This document shows positions 50,156 to 62,574 of a stretch of DNA of 64,000 nucleotides, piece after piece. Within the stretch, counting starts at the first letter, position 1. The number at the start of each line of letters is the position of its first letter. The notes under the pieces were generated by a model. The model had not been told where the DNA came from. It made no database searches and worked only from the letters and a program-made list of their open reading frames with translations. This DNA is from Octopus bimaculoides (Eukaryota): NCBI RefSeq assembly GCF_001194135.2, contig NC_068989.1, forward strand, positions 5,608,782 to 5,672,781, read 5' to 3'. The translations under genes and the position numbers were made by a program.

Positions 50156-51219
50156 GGGTCGATTATATCGACCCCACTGCTTAACTGGTATTTATTTAAT
50201 CGGCCCGAAAGGATGAAAGGCAAAGTCGACCTTGGCGGAATTTGAACTCAGAAAGTAACGGCAGACGAAATACCGCTAAGCATTTCGCTCGGTATGCTAA
50301 CGTTTCTGCCAGCTCACCGTCTGTCTATCTATCTATCTATTTGTCTGTCTGTCTATCTCTCTGTTTGTCAGTCTGCCTATATGTGCATGTGTGTGGGTGT
50401 GTGAGAGTGTATAAGCAAAAAGCTTCTTTCAGTTTCTATCTGCCAAATCCAACCACAAGGCTATAGTAGGAGACCATAGCAGAAGACACATGCCTAAGGT
50501 GCCAAGCAATGGGGCTGAACCTGAGACCACATGGTTGGAAAGCAAGCGTCTTAATCACACAGCCATACCTGTGAAAACAATTGCACTTAATTTATGATAA
50601 TGATACACCTGACAAATGGCCTTGATAAAACTTAAACTTACTGTCTATTCATTGCTAATAGCAATGCCTAATGAGACAGAATAATTGTATACAAAGCCAA
50701 GTTATTTTTCCTTTTTTTTTTGAGGGGTGGATGAGAGAAATGCTAAATGCTAATTAGTTATAATAAAGGTGTGACTATGACATCATCAATTCAATTGTGA
50801 CAGTAATTATAATCCAACTAGCAATTAAAGGTGAACCAAAATTTCTTTGTTTTACAGGTGAATGAAAACAACTTATATGTTAAATTTCTGTTCTAACTTT
50901 AAATCCTGACATATACATTATAAGCAAGCAGTTTCGTATTTATGTGTCAGTGATGGGTTCAATACTTCAGCTCTGCATCGACTTTTGACGAGCTAGAAAC
51001 TGTAGCTAAATGTTAAATCTTCCTCGTGTTATATTCACGTTACATTGATAGATGCAGGCATGGCTGTGTGGTAAGAAGCTTGCTTCCCAACCACGTAGTT
51101 CTGGGTTCAGTCCCACTGCATGATACCATGGATAAGTGTCTTTTACTATATTTTAGGCAAACCAAAGCTTTATGAGCAGATTTGGTAGATGAAAGAAGCC
51201 TGCTGTATGTATGTATGTA

Positions 51220-51259
<40 letters not shown>

Positions 51260-51601
51260 NNNNNNNNNNNNNNNNNNNNNNNNNNNNNNNNNNNNNNNNN
51301 NNNNNNNNNNNNNNNNNNNNNNNNNNNNNNNNNNNNNNNNNNNNNNNNNNNNNNNNNNNNNNNNNNNNNNNNNNNNNNNNNNNNNNNNNNNNNNNNNNNN
51401 NNNNNNNNNNNNNNNNNNNNNNNNNNNNNNNNNNNNNNNNNNNNNNNNNNNNNNNNNNNNNNNNNNNNNNNNNNNNNNNNNNNNNNNNNNNNNNNNNNNN
51501 NNNNNNNNNNNNNNNNNNNNNNNNNNNNNNNNNNNNNNNNNNNNNNNNNNNNNNNNNNNNNNNNNNNNNNNNNNNNNNNNNNNNNNNNNNNNNNNNNNNN
51601 N

Positions 51602-52026
51602 CTGCTGTCTCAATATTAATGGAACTCAAGCACATGGTAGATTATGGTATATTTCACAATATACTTTAGTTTTAATATCTGGTTGTTCCTCCTTTAGCAT
51701 CAATTACTGCTTTTATACTGTACTGGAACACAATAATCAAAAATAAAGAACATTTGTACCAAACGTTGAGAGAAGAATGGAGTAAAATTGCACCTAGTAC
51801 CTGCAAGAAACTAGTTGATTCAATGCCTAACCGTATAAAAGTGGTAAGTGATGCTAAAGGAAGGTCAACCAGATATTAAAACTAATGTATATTGTGAAAT
51901 ATACCACAATCTACCATGTGTACGAGTTTCATTAACATTGAGCAGACGTTAAACGATGATGATGATGATGATGAGACAGTAGAACTCCAAAACATTGGGG
52001 TGGCCTAATACTTTTGGCCAAGGTTG
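51602..52026 (+). mobile_element. Tc1-derived fold-back element with long inverted repeats
   Basis: 51736-51879 encodes IKNKEHLYQTLREEWSKIAPSTCKKLVDSMPNRIKVVSDAKGRSTRY*, a Tc1 C-terminus. 51602-51718 is the reverse complement of 51833-51942. Terminal ggtggcctaatacttttggccaaggttg then TA at 52027. The left end runs into an N-gap. Confidence 0.8.
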
Positions 52027-52322
52027 TAAGTCACTTCAGGGTCATGGGTCAAAAGACAGACAAAGTTCCATGTGAAAGGACAGCCAGAATTGTTTATGAA
52101 TCAAATAATGTATATAAGTTGAAAGAAATTGTTGGCTCTTCTGATTTTTTAATAATTTTTTAAAGTTATCTTATATGATATTATATTCATAGTATATTAT
52201 GTTATATTATGATATAAATAAATTATTGAATTGTCAGTTGTATCTCTGTATTTAATTTATTGTTTGTAATTTGCATTATACCCCTATTTATGTGGTATTC
52301 AACTGATGTACCAGTGAATTGG

Positions 52323-52473
52323 GACCAATGGAAGAAGTACTAGGCTTATAAAGAATAAGTCCTGTGGTCAAAGAGACCAATGGAATAAGTACTAGGCTTA
52401 CAAAGAATAAGTCCTGGGGTCAAAGAGACCAATGGAATAAGTACTAGGCTTACAAAGAATAAGTCCTGGGGTC
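52323..52473 (+). repeat. 52-bp tandem repeat x3 derived from a SINE family A tail
   Basis: gaccaatggaataagtactaggcttacaaagaataagtcctggggtcaaaga starts at 52323, 52375 and 52427. Confidence 0.9.
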
Positions 52474-52778
52474 GATTTGTTCGACTAAAGGCGGTGCTCC
52501 AGCATGGCTGCAGTCAAGCAACTGACGCAAATAAAAGAAGAAAAGAAGAAAAAATAATAGTAGCAGTGCCAGCAATGCAGAGCAGTCAGCAAAAATGGTT
52601 AAATGGTTCTGCTTCAAAAGCGATGAGAAGTAACGAGGAAACCGCCTACCCACCCAGCATGCCTACATACACGCAAGTGACCATTTGTAGCACCGCAACT
52701 GAAATGGCACTGCTAAAGAGAATTGAGACTCTCAGAAGGTTGCCAAAAGAGGAGACAGACATACATACGTTATCAGCA

Positions 52779-52779
<1 letters not shown>

Positions 52780-52863
<84 letters not shown>

Positions 52864-54314
52864 AAGAGAGAGAGAGAAAGAGAGACTGTATGCTGCAATT
52901 CTAGCAACGGCAGCCGATATGGTTGGTGTAGGACAATGGAACGGCAAGAGGTGTTAGATATAAGAAAGAATTTGAAGGTGGAAGAGGTGGATGCTGTGGT
53001 GGTGGTGGTGGTGGTGATGGTGGTGGTGGTTGGAACAGTTAAAGATTGAGATGTAAGAGGCTGATGGCTCTCAATGATGGTGACATGGTGGTGCAGTGGT
53101 GGTGACGGTACATTAGCTGTCATGATGATGATGACGATGATAGTACTAGTGATGATACTAGTGGAAGGTGCGGGGTGGGGGTGGGGCGCTGTAACGAGTA
53201 CCAGCAATGATGACACTGCTGTGATGATGGCTATGATGACAGTGGTGGTGGTGGTGACGATAGTGGTGGTGGTGGTGGAGGAGGAGAAGTTAAATGAATG
53301 AGTTGTGGTAGTGATGATGGTGTTGGTGGTGGTGGTGATGACAGTTGTGATGATAATAGTAGTGGAGGTGGTGGTGGTGGTGGTGGTCGTCGTCGTCATG
53401 ACAATAGTAGTGGGATGTATAAATGATAAATTGTTGTGAAAACAAAATAACAGCTGTCAGTGCTCATAGTAGTAGTAGTTGTTGTTGTTGTTTAGCCCCA
53501 GGTCATCGTTGACTGAGCAGACTTATGACCCAAGATGTGCCAAAGATGTGTTTTGTGATGACAGCTGATGTGAAAATATTGGCCATTGATGACAGTGGGC
53601 GAAGAAGAAGAAGAAGAAAAGCGACATAGCGATGACAGCAGGTGAAGATGGTAGTCAAGTGATGACGATGACAGCAGGTGAGAATGGTTGTTGTGACAGG
53701 TAAAGAAAGGTGATCGGTGTGGATGACGGGGGGGGGGTCGAAGGCGGTGGTGGTGGTGGAGCTGCAGTGACTGGTCACTGGAGAGGTGATGGTCGTCATG
53801 ACAACTGTTTCTGAGTGGTAGCATCATATATTTTGTTGTTGATCTCCACTGGTCACCAGCCGCGGGAGAAGAGTTGACACAGAGAGTACCAGACAACTAC
53901 CGCCACCACCACCACCACCACCACTACTACTACTACTACTAATGATGATGATGATGATGATGGTCATAATAATGATAATCATAATACCACCACCACCACC
54001 ACATTTACTACTACTACCATTACCACAAGCATCACCACTTCCACCACCACCACCACCACTACTACTATTACTACTACAACTACTACCACCACTAACACTG
54101 CCACAAGCATCACTACTTCCACCACCACCACTGCTGTTATTACTACTACTACTACCACCACCGCCACCACCACTGTCACAAACATCACTACTTCTACTAC
54201 CACCATCACCACTACTACTACCACTACTACTACTACTACTACCACAGCCACCACCACCACCACCACTGTCACAGACATCACTACTTCTACCACCACAACC
54301 ACCATCACCACCAT

Positions 54315-54359
<45 letters not shown>

Positions 54360-54940
54360 ACGAACGCTTGTGCGCCCAGATGACAATGCTAGTGATGGCT
54401 CTTTCTTCAGACTTCTTAACTGCATGCAGCAGCAATGACACAGAAGCAGCAGTAGCAGCGAGTCCTGTTGTAGAAGCAGCAGCAGCAACAGAAATCAGTT
54501 GCAGCTGCAACTGCAATGGCAGTCTGAATACTATGGTAACAACCACAACACCACAAAACCCCCCCCCAAAAAACCAGCCTCTGCAGCAGAGCAAACAACA
54601 ACAACAACAACGACGACACTAGTGTTTGAAATAGTAGCAGCAGTAGTAGTAGTTGCAGTAGTAGTAATAGTAGCACTAGTAGTAGTAGTAGTAGTAGTAG
54701 TAGCAGTAGAAATAGAAGCAGCAGCTGTAGTAGTAGTAGTAGTACTAGTAGTAGTAGTAGTAGCAGCAGCAGCAGTAGAAATAGTAGAAGCAGTAGTAGT
54801 AGTAGTAGTAGTAGGAAAGCAGTAATAGTAGTAGTGGTAGTGGTAGTACTGCTGCTGGAAATAGTGGAGGTAGTAGTTATAATTGTGGAAGAAGAAGAAG
54901 AACAACAACAACAACAGCAGCAGCAGCAACAACTGCAAAT
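52780..54940. repeat. Large (GA)n, (GGT/GAT)n, (ACC/ACT)n and (GTA)n simple-sequence block
   Basis: Direct inspection; accounts for the poly-T/V/G/P ORFs here. Confidence 0.9.
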
Positions 54941-56039
54941 TTACTTGCAGCGTTACAGCAATCATTGTTAACACTGGCGCCGTCGCCACCACCTTCCTCT
55001 AATATGGCAACAACTGTATATGACCCACTCTGGTTGACCTGTTGGTAATAGCAGCCAAATCTCCCTCACTCAAATCACATCCTACCATCTTAAAATAGAG
55101 TACATGTTAGATAATGCTGGCTCTGGGAGTTGTTTGCACAAAGAAAATAAACAGGATGGTCATGGTTAGAACAACCATAGGTTTGCTCAATCCGGGTTAA
55201 CTTGAGGCTTGATAACAGAAACAAACACAGGGCACCGCAAGATGGCTTATTTGATGGCATAAACAAAAAGGGGACAGATTAGATGAACCCCCAATTTCAG
55301 GGGTGCATACCCGGAAAAAACATGTTATATTAGCATGAGAAAGGATCTACAAATGTTGGTATTCACAGAGGGGTTGGCAGGGGACTGAGGCTCCTGGTGA
55401 TTTGCTGTGCTTGAAAAGATACATCAAAATAAGTAAAAGCACAGTTACCCTTGCATACAGGCTCATCCCTTGCAACCCTCTCCAGCTGAGCATCCCTAAT
55501 CTTGCAGGTTCGTAAGTGCTGGTGTCACTTAAAAAGCACCCATGCTGGGTGCTGTCTGAAAGCACCCAGTATACTCTGTAAAGCAGTTGGCATTTGCAAG
55601 GGTATCCAACCGTATTAACCATGCCAAACCAGACATGGAGCCTGAACAGCCCTTCAGCTCCTATCAAACCATCCAACCCATGCCAGCATGAAAAACGGAC
55701 GTTAAATGATGATGGTGATGAGAAGCCCAACTTTGCATGTTAGAACCTAGGGTGAATTTTCTGAGACATTTTTCTTGAAAAAAGTGCATCTTATGGGTCA
55801 TCAAATATACATGGAATGAACTCAAATGGGAGACCTCTATGTGGTCATTTGACTTGCTAGTAAAAGCTGCCAAATTTCTTCTAAATCAGTGGTCCCAATC
55901 TATTTTTTGCACCATGGACTGGTTTCCTGCAAGGCAATTTTACTAGAGAGTGGAGGATCACGCTCACAACAAAACATGATAAAGTGCATAACACGTTAAT
56001 TCAATTATTACATGTAAAGTACATATATATTGGTTTCAA

Positions 56040-57190
56040 ATTTTGGTACAAGGCCAGAAATATCAGGGGAGGAGGGGATAAGTTGATTACATTGACCCCA
56101 GTGTATAACTGGTACTTATTTCATTGACCCTGAAAGGATGAATGGCAAAGTCAACTTCGGTAGAATTTGAACACAGAACACAGAGACAGACGAAATGGCG
56201 TGGTAACAAATTTGCCGACTCACTCCCTTATAATACATAAATATTCTTTTCTACTCTAGGCACAAGGCCCGAAATTTTGGGGGAGGGGGCCATTTGATTA
56301 GATCAACCCAATACGCAACTGGTACTTAATTTATTGACTCCGAAAGGATGAAAGGCAAAGTCAACCTCAGCGGAATTTAAACTCAGAACATAAATTCAGA
56401 CAAAATACCGCTAAGCATTTTGCCCGGCATGCTAACGTTTCTTATTTCTTTATTTCCCATAAGGGGCTAAACATAGAAGACACTTGCCCAAGGTGCCACA
56501 CAGTGGGACTGATAATGATAATAATTATTTGTGTTATAGGCACAAGGCCTGAAAGTTTCAGAGACGGGCTTAGTCAATTATATTGATTCCAGTGATCAGG
56601 TGATTCCAGTGATCAGGTGATTCCAGTGATCAGGTGATTCCAGTGATCAGGTGATTCCAGTGATCAGGTGATTCCAGAGATGAACCCTTAAAGAATGAAA
56701 AGCAAAGTTGACCTCAGCAGGATTTGAACTTAGAATGTGATGTCAAACAAAATGCCTCTGAGCATTTTGTTTGACACGGTAATGATTCTATCAACTCACT
56801 GCCTACATAATTCTTTATGTTATAGGCACAAGGCCTGGAATTTTGATGGGAGGGGAGCCTGTCGATCATATCAACCCTGGTCTCAACCGATACTTATTTC
56901 ACAAACCCTAAAACGAAGAAAGGCAGAATTTGGACTCAGAATGTAAAGTCAGAAAAAAATGCTGTTGAGTATTTTGTACAGTGTGCTAACCATTCTGCTA
57001 GTTTGCCTTCTTCTTCTTATAACAACAACAACAACAATAACAATGGCTTCTGGTTTAGGCACAACGCCAGCAATTGTGAGAGGAAGTATAAGTCGATGCC
57101 ATTGTCTTCAAAAGATCAAAGGCAAAGTTAACCCTGGTTGAAGTTGAACTCAGTGCACCTTCCATTGTTCTAATGATTCTGCTAGCACAC
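56040..57190 (-). mobile_element. Second head-to-tail cluster of about five family B SINEs
   Basis: The same unit recurs at ~56040, 56250, 56535, 56820 and 57050. Confidence 0.75.
56585..56677 (+). repeat. Perfect 17-bp minisatellite, 5.5 copies, inside a SINE
   Basis: gattccagtgatcaggt x5 plus gattccag. Confidence 0.95.
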
Positions 57191-57289
57191 CAAAATACTG
57201 ATAGAAAGGAGCCGGTATAAAGAATACACCAGTTTTGAGAAATAACATGATAGCCATTTTATAAGATATTCCAACTGATACAGACAGGT

Positions 57290-57540
57290 AAATGAAGACA
57301 AATTGACCAGATATTGTTGTTAAAGACCACTAGGAAATTAAATGCTTCCTAATTGGTGTATCAATTTCAACAGATGACAAAATACATTTCTAAAAGAAAT
57401 GAAGAAATTGACTGTCTGGAAATAGAAAAAAAAAAAAAAATCCCAGAAATATGAGGACAGAATAGAAAAATAATCGACAATAATCAAAGGTGACTTGGGA
57501 ATGGTATAAATAAAAATAAATACAAAGCCATTTAGTGAAA
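57290..57540 (+). mobile_element. R4/NeSL-like LINE RLE fragment
   Basis: gaccagatattgttgttaaagac...tgcttcctaattggtgtatcaatttcaacagatgac is homologous to 18960-19050. Confidence 0.6.
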
Positions 57541-57856
57541 GATAAAACCCAAATATCAAAAGTGACACATATATCTAACATTACAAAACAGAATGACATA
57601 TAAAGTATTTTAAATACAAAAGAGAAAAAAAAAAAAAATACAAAGCACTATAGATGCACCAAGTGCACCAAACTGTTATTTGCAGCGTAGTGAAAGCATG
57701 TAACTGAAACAATACTCTTTTACATGTTTCAGTCATTTGACAGCGGCCATACTGGAATATTTTCCTCAGTGGAATTTGAACTCAGAGCGTAAAAATGGAT
57801 GAAATACAGCTAAGCATTTCACCTGGCATCCTAACGATTCTGCCAGCTCACTGCCT

Positions 57857-57917
<61 letters not shown>

Positions 57918-58089
57918 AATAATTTATATGCAGTGTAGTTGGCTGATTAGTATAAGAATGAAGCAGAGGAGCAAGAAAAAATATATACATTTTTTTTTCC
58001 TAATTAAGGAAACAATAAAGCTAATTATACACACATACACAATATGCTTGATTAAAGACAAAACAAGTGAAAAGTTTAAGAAAAAAAGA

Positions 58090-58500
58090 AAAAAATGAAA
58101 AATAAAAATGAGATAAAATCCAGGTGGAACTTTACAATAAAACTATTGAAGAAAAAAAAAATGGAAAAAAAAAGCATCTCTCCCTGGTCAGAAATCTGCT
58201 CTAAGATCACTGGATAGAGAAGAAATGATTGAATAAAAGAGCACAACAACAGCTTGAAATTACTGAACTAAAGATAAAAATGGGATGTCTGGCTTTAGCT
58301 ACACAAGATCAATGGCTAGCCATGAGTAAGAACAAAAAGAAAAAAACAAAATCTATGAATGATAAAGGAAATAAATAAGAGACTAATGTTGAGTAAAGAT
58401 TATCTAATCAGCATAAAGAAATAATCGGCTACATCATTTCCTGCTGGCCAGTCCTCACAAAAACAGAATATATATCCATAGACATGACTGGGTATATAGC
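58090..58500 (+). mobile_element. R4/NeSL-like LINE fragment
   Basis: KMGCLALATQDQWL...IISCWPVLTKTEYI.RHD matches the A.QDQ.L / CCHC / RHD region. Confidence 0.6.
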
Positions 58501-59445
58501 AGTATTGATTGGGTAGCAATGCAGATGTTTCCTCTTCAAAGCTGGTAATAAATGGTATAAACGCTCACCAAATTTAGTATGTAACCAAAGGCATCATCAT
58601 CATCAGCAGCAGCAACATCTACCATCCATGTTCCATACTGTTTGATAGGAGCCAGTGATCCACAGGACCACTTCGAGCTCCCTGTCAGCTTTGGTATAGT
58701 TTTTTTATGACTGGATGCCCTTCCTAATGCCAACCACTTTACAGTGTGTAATGGTTTTCTTTTTCCACATCCCTGATGCTAGGGAGGTTGCTATGCAGCT
58801 TGTAAGATTACAAAACCCGAGGGAAGGGCTTGACTTTATTCTAAGAAAATGAAAGCAACAGCATGAGAAAAGGATGGGGCTGTGTAGCTTTTTGTTTTAG
58901 GGCTATTCACATTGAGAAGGAAGTTAGAAATTGTTGTATAATGAAACTGTATATCCCTCCCAATAGAAAGTGGTAAGAATGAGCCATTATAAATATACCA
59001 GTAGCCAGTTGTCAAGAGAGTCGAGAGTTCCAGTCAGTGCCTTGTGGAGCTATTAGTGATAGTAAGACAGAAGTTAGTGCATTACTATTCCGGTACGAAG
59101 AGATACAACGATATCTGATGACTAGTAACTATTGTGGCTACTAGTGTAAAGCAGCAACTACAGTACAATGGCAGCCACACATCATACCAGTGGAAGGAAC
59201 CCACTTTACAACAGAAATGTACCTACAGTAGCTGCAAAGATATAAACAGTGGTGATGAGGTGTCCAGGTGGCCCCTCAAAGTACAGAGAAAATGGTAGTG
59301 AGTGGAAACAGTAAAACCAGGAGTGTGGGTGTGGAAGAGTTAGGGAAAATAGGAGAGGGGCACTAGTGTAGCTAAGGGGTGCAGTAGGGGTGGGACTTTT
59401 AAAGGGGAGGCACTTTTGGGTCTGCTGTAGGCAATATGTGTTTTT

Positions 59446-59518
59446 TGTGGGGTGTGGGAGTAGCAAATGGAAGGGCCGCCCTGGGCGGTCCTTCCATTTG
59501 CCACTCCCACACCCCACA
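59446..59518. repeat. Near-perfect 36-bp GC-rich hairpin with a 1-nt loop
   Basis: tgtggggtgtgggagtagcaaatggaagggccgccc-t-gggcggtccttccatttgccactcccacaccccaca; two deviations. Confidence 0.9.
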
Positions 59519-59534
59519 TTTTATTCTTTTTATT

Positions 59535-59772
59535 TTTGTATTCTTTTACTTGTTTCAGTCATTTGACTGCGGCCATGCTGGAGCACTGCCTTTAGTCAAA
59601 CGAATCGATCCCTAGACTTACTCTTTGTATGTCTAGTACTTATTCAATCGGTCTCTTTTGCCAAACTGCTAAGTTACGAGGACGTAAAAACACCAACCCC
59701 AGTTATCAAATGATAGTGGGGGGGGGGCACAAACACAGACACACACACAAACACACACACATGCACATGCAT

Positions 59773-59805
<33 letters not shown>

Positions 59806-59978
59806 TATATATACGATGGGCTTCTTTCAGTTTCCTTCTTCTAAATCCACTCACAAAGCTTTGGTCAGCCCAAGGCTATAGTAGAAGACACTTGCCCAAG
59901 GTGCCACACAGTGGGACTGAACCCAGAACCATGTGGTTGAGAAGCAAGCTTCTTACCACACAGCCACACCCGCGCCTG
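59535..59978 (-). mobile_element. Full-length tRNA-derived SINE family A
   Basis: Reverse complement of the 20731 family, ending cagccacacccgcgcct. Confidence 0.8.
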
Positions 59979-60089
59979 GAAGCAAAAAATAAATAAAATC
60001 CTTTAACAATTTACATCAGTGGAACCATTTAGGTTAAGATATTTTGGGGAAAAAAATAAAAAGGAATGTTTGTAAGAGAACAGGGTATT

Positions 60090-62060
60090 TCAATTAGATT
60101 GCAATGAATTTTATAGGGACATTATAATGGGGAAAAACTCCCAATGAAAGACTGAGAAACATGAACGAAACCTGAAGCATGCAGGAGGGAATATGGAACA
60201 AACCATTCAACAGAATGAAAGAGAAGCATAATGGTTCAGGAGAGAAGCAAGAGAATATAAAAGTGCCACAACTATGGCCTAACATTACTGAAATGGAATT
60301 TACCAGAACATTAAAAACTGCAAGTAAATGGAAAAAGCTTTGGGATGGAACACATTTTTGTTTGAAGCACCTCACCTGTTTTATTTACCTTTTGTTTTTA
60401 TAAAATGTTTTTGAGTTCTAGGATTCACAAGACCGATTATTCGGTTCCTATGGTGTATAAGTAACTGAGATCACAACATGACCCCTGCTGAATGGGATGC
60501 AGATCTGTTGCTGGGCTCAATACTAACAACTTTGAAAGGGGGGGACATCTCAACCTTAGTGCTTGACAGGTACTTTATTTTATCAACTCTAAAGTGATAA
60601 AAAGCAAAGTCAACCTTAGTGGGATTTGAACTCAGAACATAAAGAGCCAGAAGAGAAGCCACTAAGCATTTTGTCTGACTTGCTAATGGTTCTGCCAGTT
60701 TGTTGCCTTTACCAGATCAGTATCCATGAGTATATTGTGGTATCATTTAATGAAATGGTTAGTAGATCAGAATCAACACCTGATTAACTGGTAGGTGAGG
60801 GGCAGCATTAAGTTCCAAACTCAAAAACACGAGAGGTCCCCAAAATCATAGATAAATTACTTGTTTGCCAAGAACAAACAAAGCTCTTCCATCGATACTC
60901 TATAATAGGCAGGTCACTCACCTACGACCGATAGAAAAAACAGAAAGGATTGTTAATAAGGGATGTATTGTTGCAACGTGCAGCTACAAGCGAACCAAGC
61001 TATTATATAGGAAATAGTAAAACAGAAAACAAAAACCATGGCAAAGCTTGAATTGATTACCAAGAAAAAAAGAAATTGATAGAATACACTATCATCTCAG
61101 AAATTAAACACACCATTGTCATCATCATCATCATCACCATTAGTTTCTTTTCTCTATACATGTCAGAAAATAATGAAGTACAAACTAAAATGTAACTGCA
61201 CTGAAGAATAAGACTTGGATAATGACAAAACATCAGAAAAGGTTTAAAAAAAAGAAGACAAAATGGATTTCTGAAATATATAGCAAAAACAAAAATAAAG
61301 TAAAGAAAACAAAAATCAAAGTAAAAACCAATCTATGGTGAATAGCATGAGAGTAAAAGCCAAAAATGGTTTAATGGTTTGGAGTAAAATGTAACTGAAG
61401 GTGAGATTTTAATTATACAGGATGAAGCTGGGCCACAAAAAAACTACAAAAATAAGAAAACATGCAAAGATCAAGTGTAGTCTTTGTAGTCATGAGATTG
61501 ATAGAAGTGACGGCATCATCTCTAGCTGCCCAGCCTTGGAAAAAATGTCTACATTCACAGACATGATTGAGTCAATAGTCATAGCCATGGGGAAATATGC
61601 TGAGCACAATGTGAAAAGGATTATGGAGTGACATAAGAATGTACCAGACATTGTACTTGGCAATAAATTGTCCACAATGAGCCAAATATTCCGGTCCAGA
61701 CTGATATAAGATCAAGATAAACTGTTTGGACATAATAACCAACAACTGGAGAGGAAATGTTTTTATTCTGAGAGACATCTCAATCCCTTCTGGTCAAAAC
61801 ATTGCCCAAAACGAGACAGAGAAGCTGTCGAAATACAAAGACCTACAAATTGAATAAGTAGTGTTGGGCATGGATGTAAACATAATACCAACAGCAATTG
61901 AGTCCCAGATATGGAGGATACACAAGATCACCCATAGGGATAGAACCATGAGCTCTGAAATCCTGAGAAGAGCCAATCTGTGAGGGCTGCTGGAGACTGT
62001 GGCAGAAGAGGGAGACTTACAGGAAAGGTTTTCTTACTGCCAGAAGAACAAACACCCAAG
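60090..62060 (+). mobile_element. Decayed, internally deleted R4/NeSL-like (RLE-type) non-LTR retrotransposon, interrupted by a SINE at ~60545-60710
   Basis: In order: GIWNK..N..ITEMEF..SKWK (pre-RT), R.ITCL, then the CCHC/RHD region KCSLCSHEIDRSDGIISSCPAL...RHD, then an RLE-like tail. Many stops. Confidence 0.65.
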
Positions 62061-62539
62061 ACAGCTTAGTAAGATAACAGGGTAATGCTGTTAGAAGGGT
62101 AGTTGGGGCAGAAGATGGAAAGAAATACAAAAAAAAAACAACTTTACTTTTTATCTGTTTCAGTGGGTAAGTCAATTACATTGAACCCAGTCCTCAACTG
62201 GTACTCATTTCATTGATCCAAAAGGATGAAAAGCTAAGTCAACCTTTGGAATTTGAATTCAGAACATAAAGATGGACAAAATGCTGCTAAGCATTTTGTC
62301 CAGTATGCTAGCAATTCTGCTAGCTCACCACCTTAATAATAATGATGATGATGATACATGGAACAAATAGGGGCTGCAATAAGGGTGAAGCACTTGCAAA
62401 AAACAGCACTGCTTGGAACTGCTCGAATACTCGGGAAGGTGCTCGAAAAATAAGAGGTGTTACCTTAGTCCACTGGTAGTGAACAGCTGACACCGTAGTA
62501 CATCTCCAGTGTTAGAAGCTATGCAAAAGCAATAAAATG

Positions 62540-62574
<35 letters not shown>

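Noticed and set aside
56585-56677. CRISPR-like array
   Set aside because: Contiguous tandem units without spacers, in a eukaryotic context.
59110-59150. Hammerhead candidate ctgatga-ctagt...actag
   Set aside because: The stem is not followed by GAAA and there is no stem I or III pairing.
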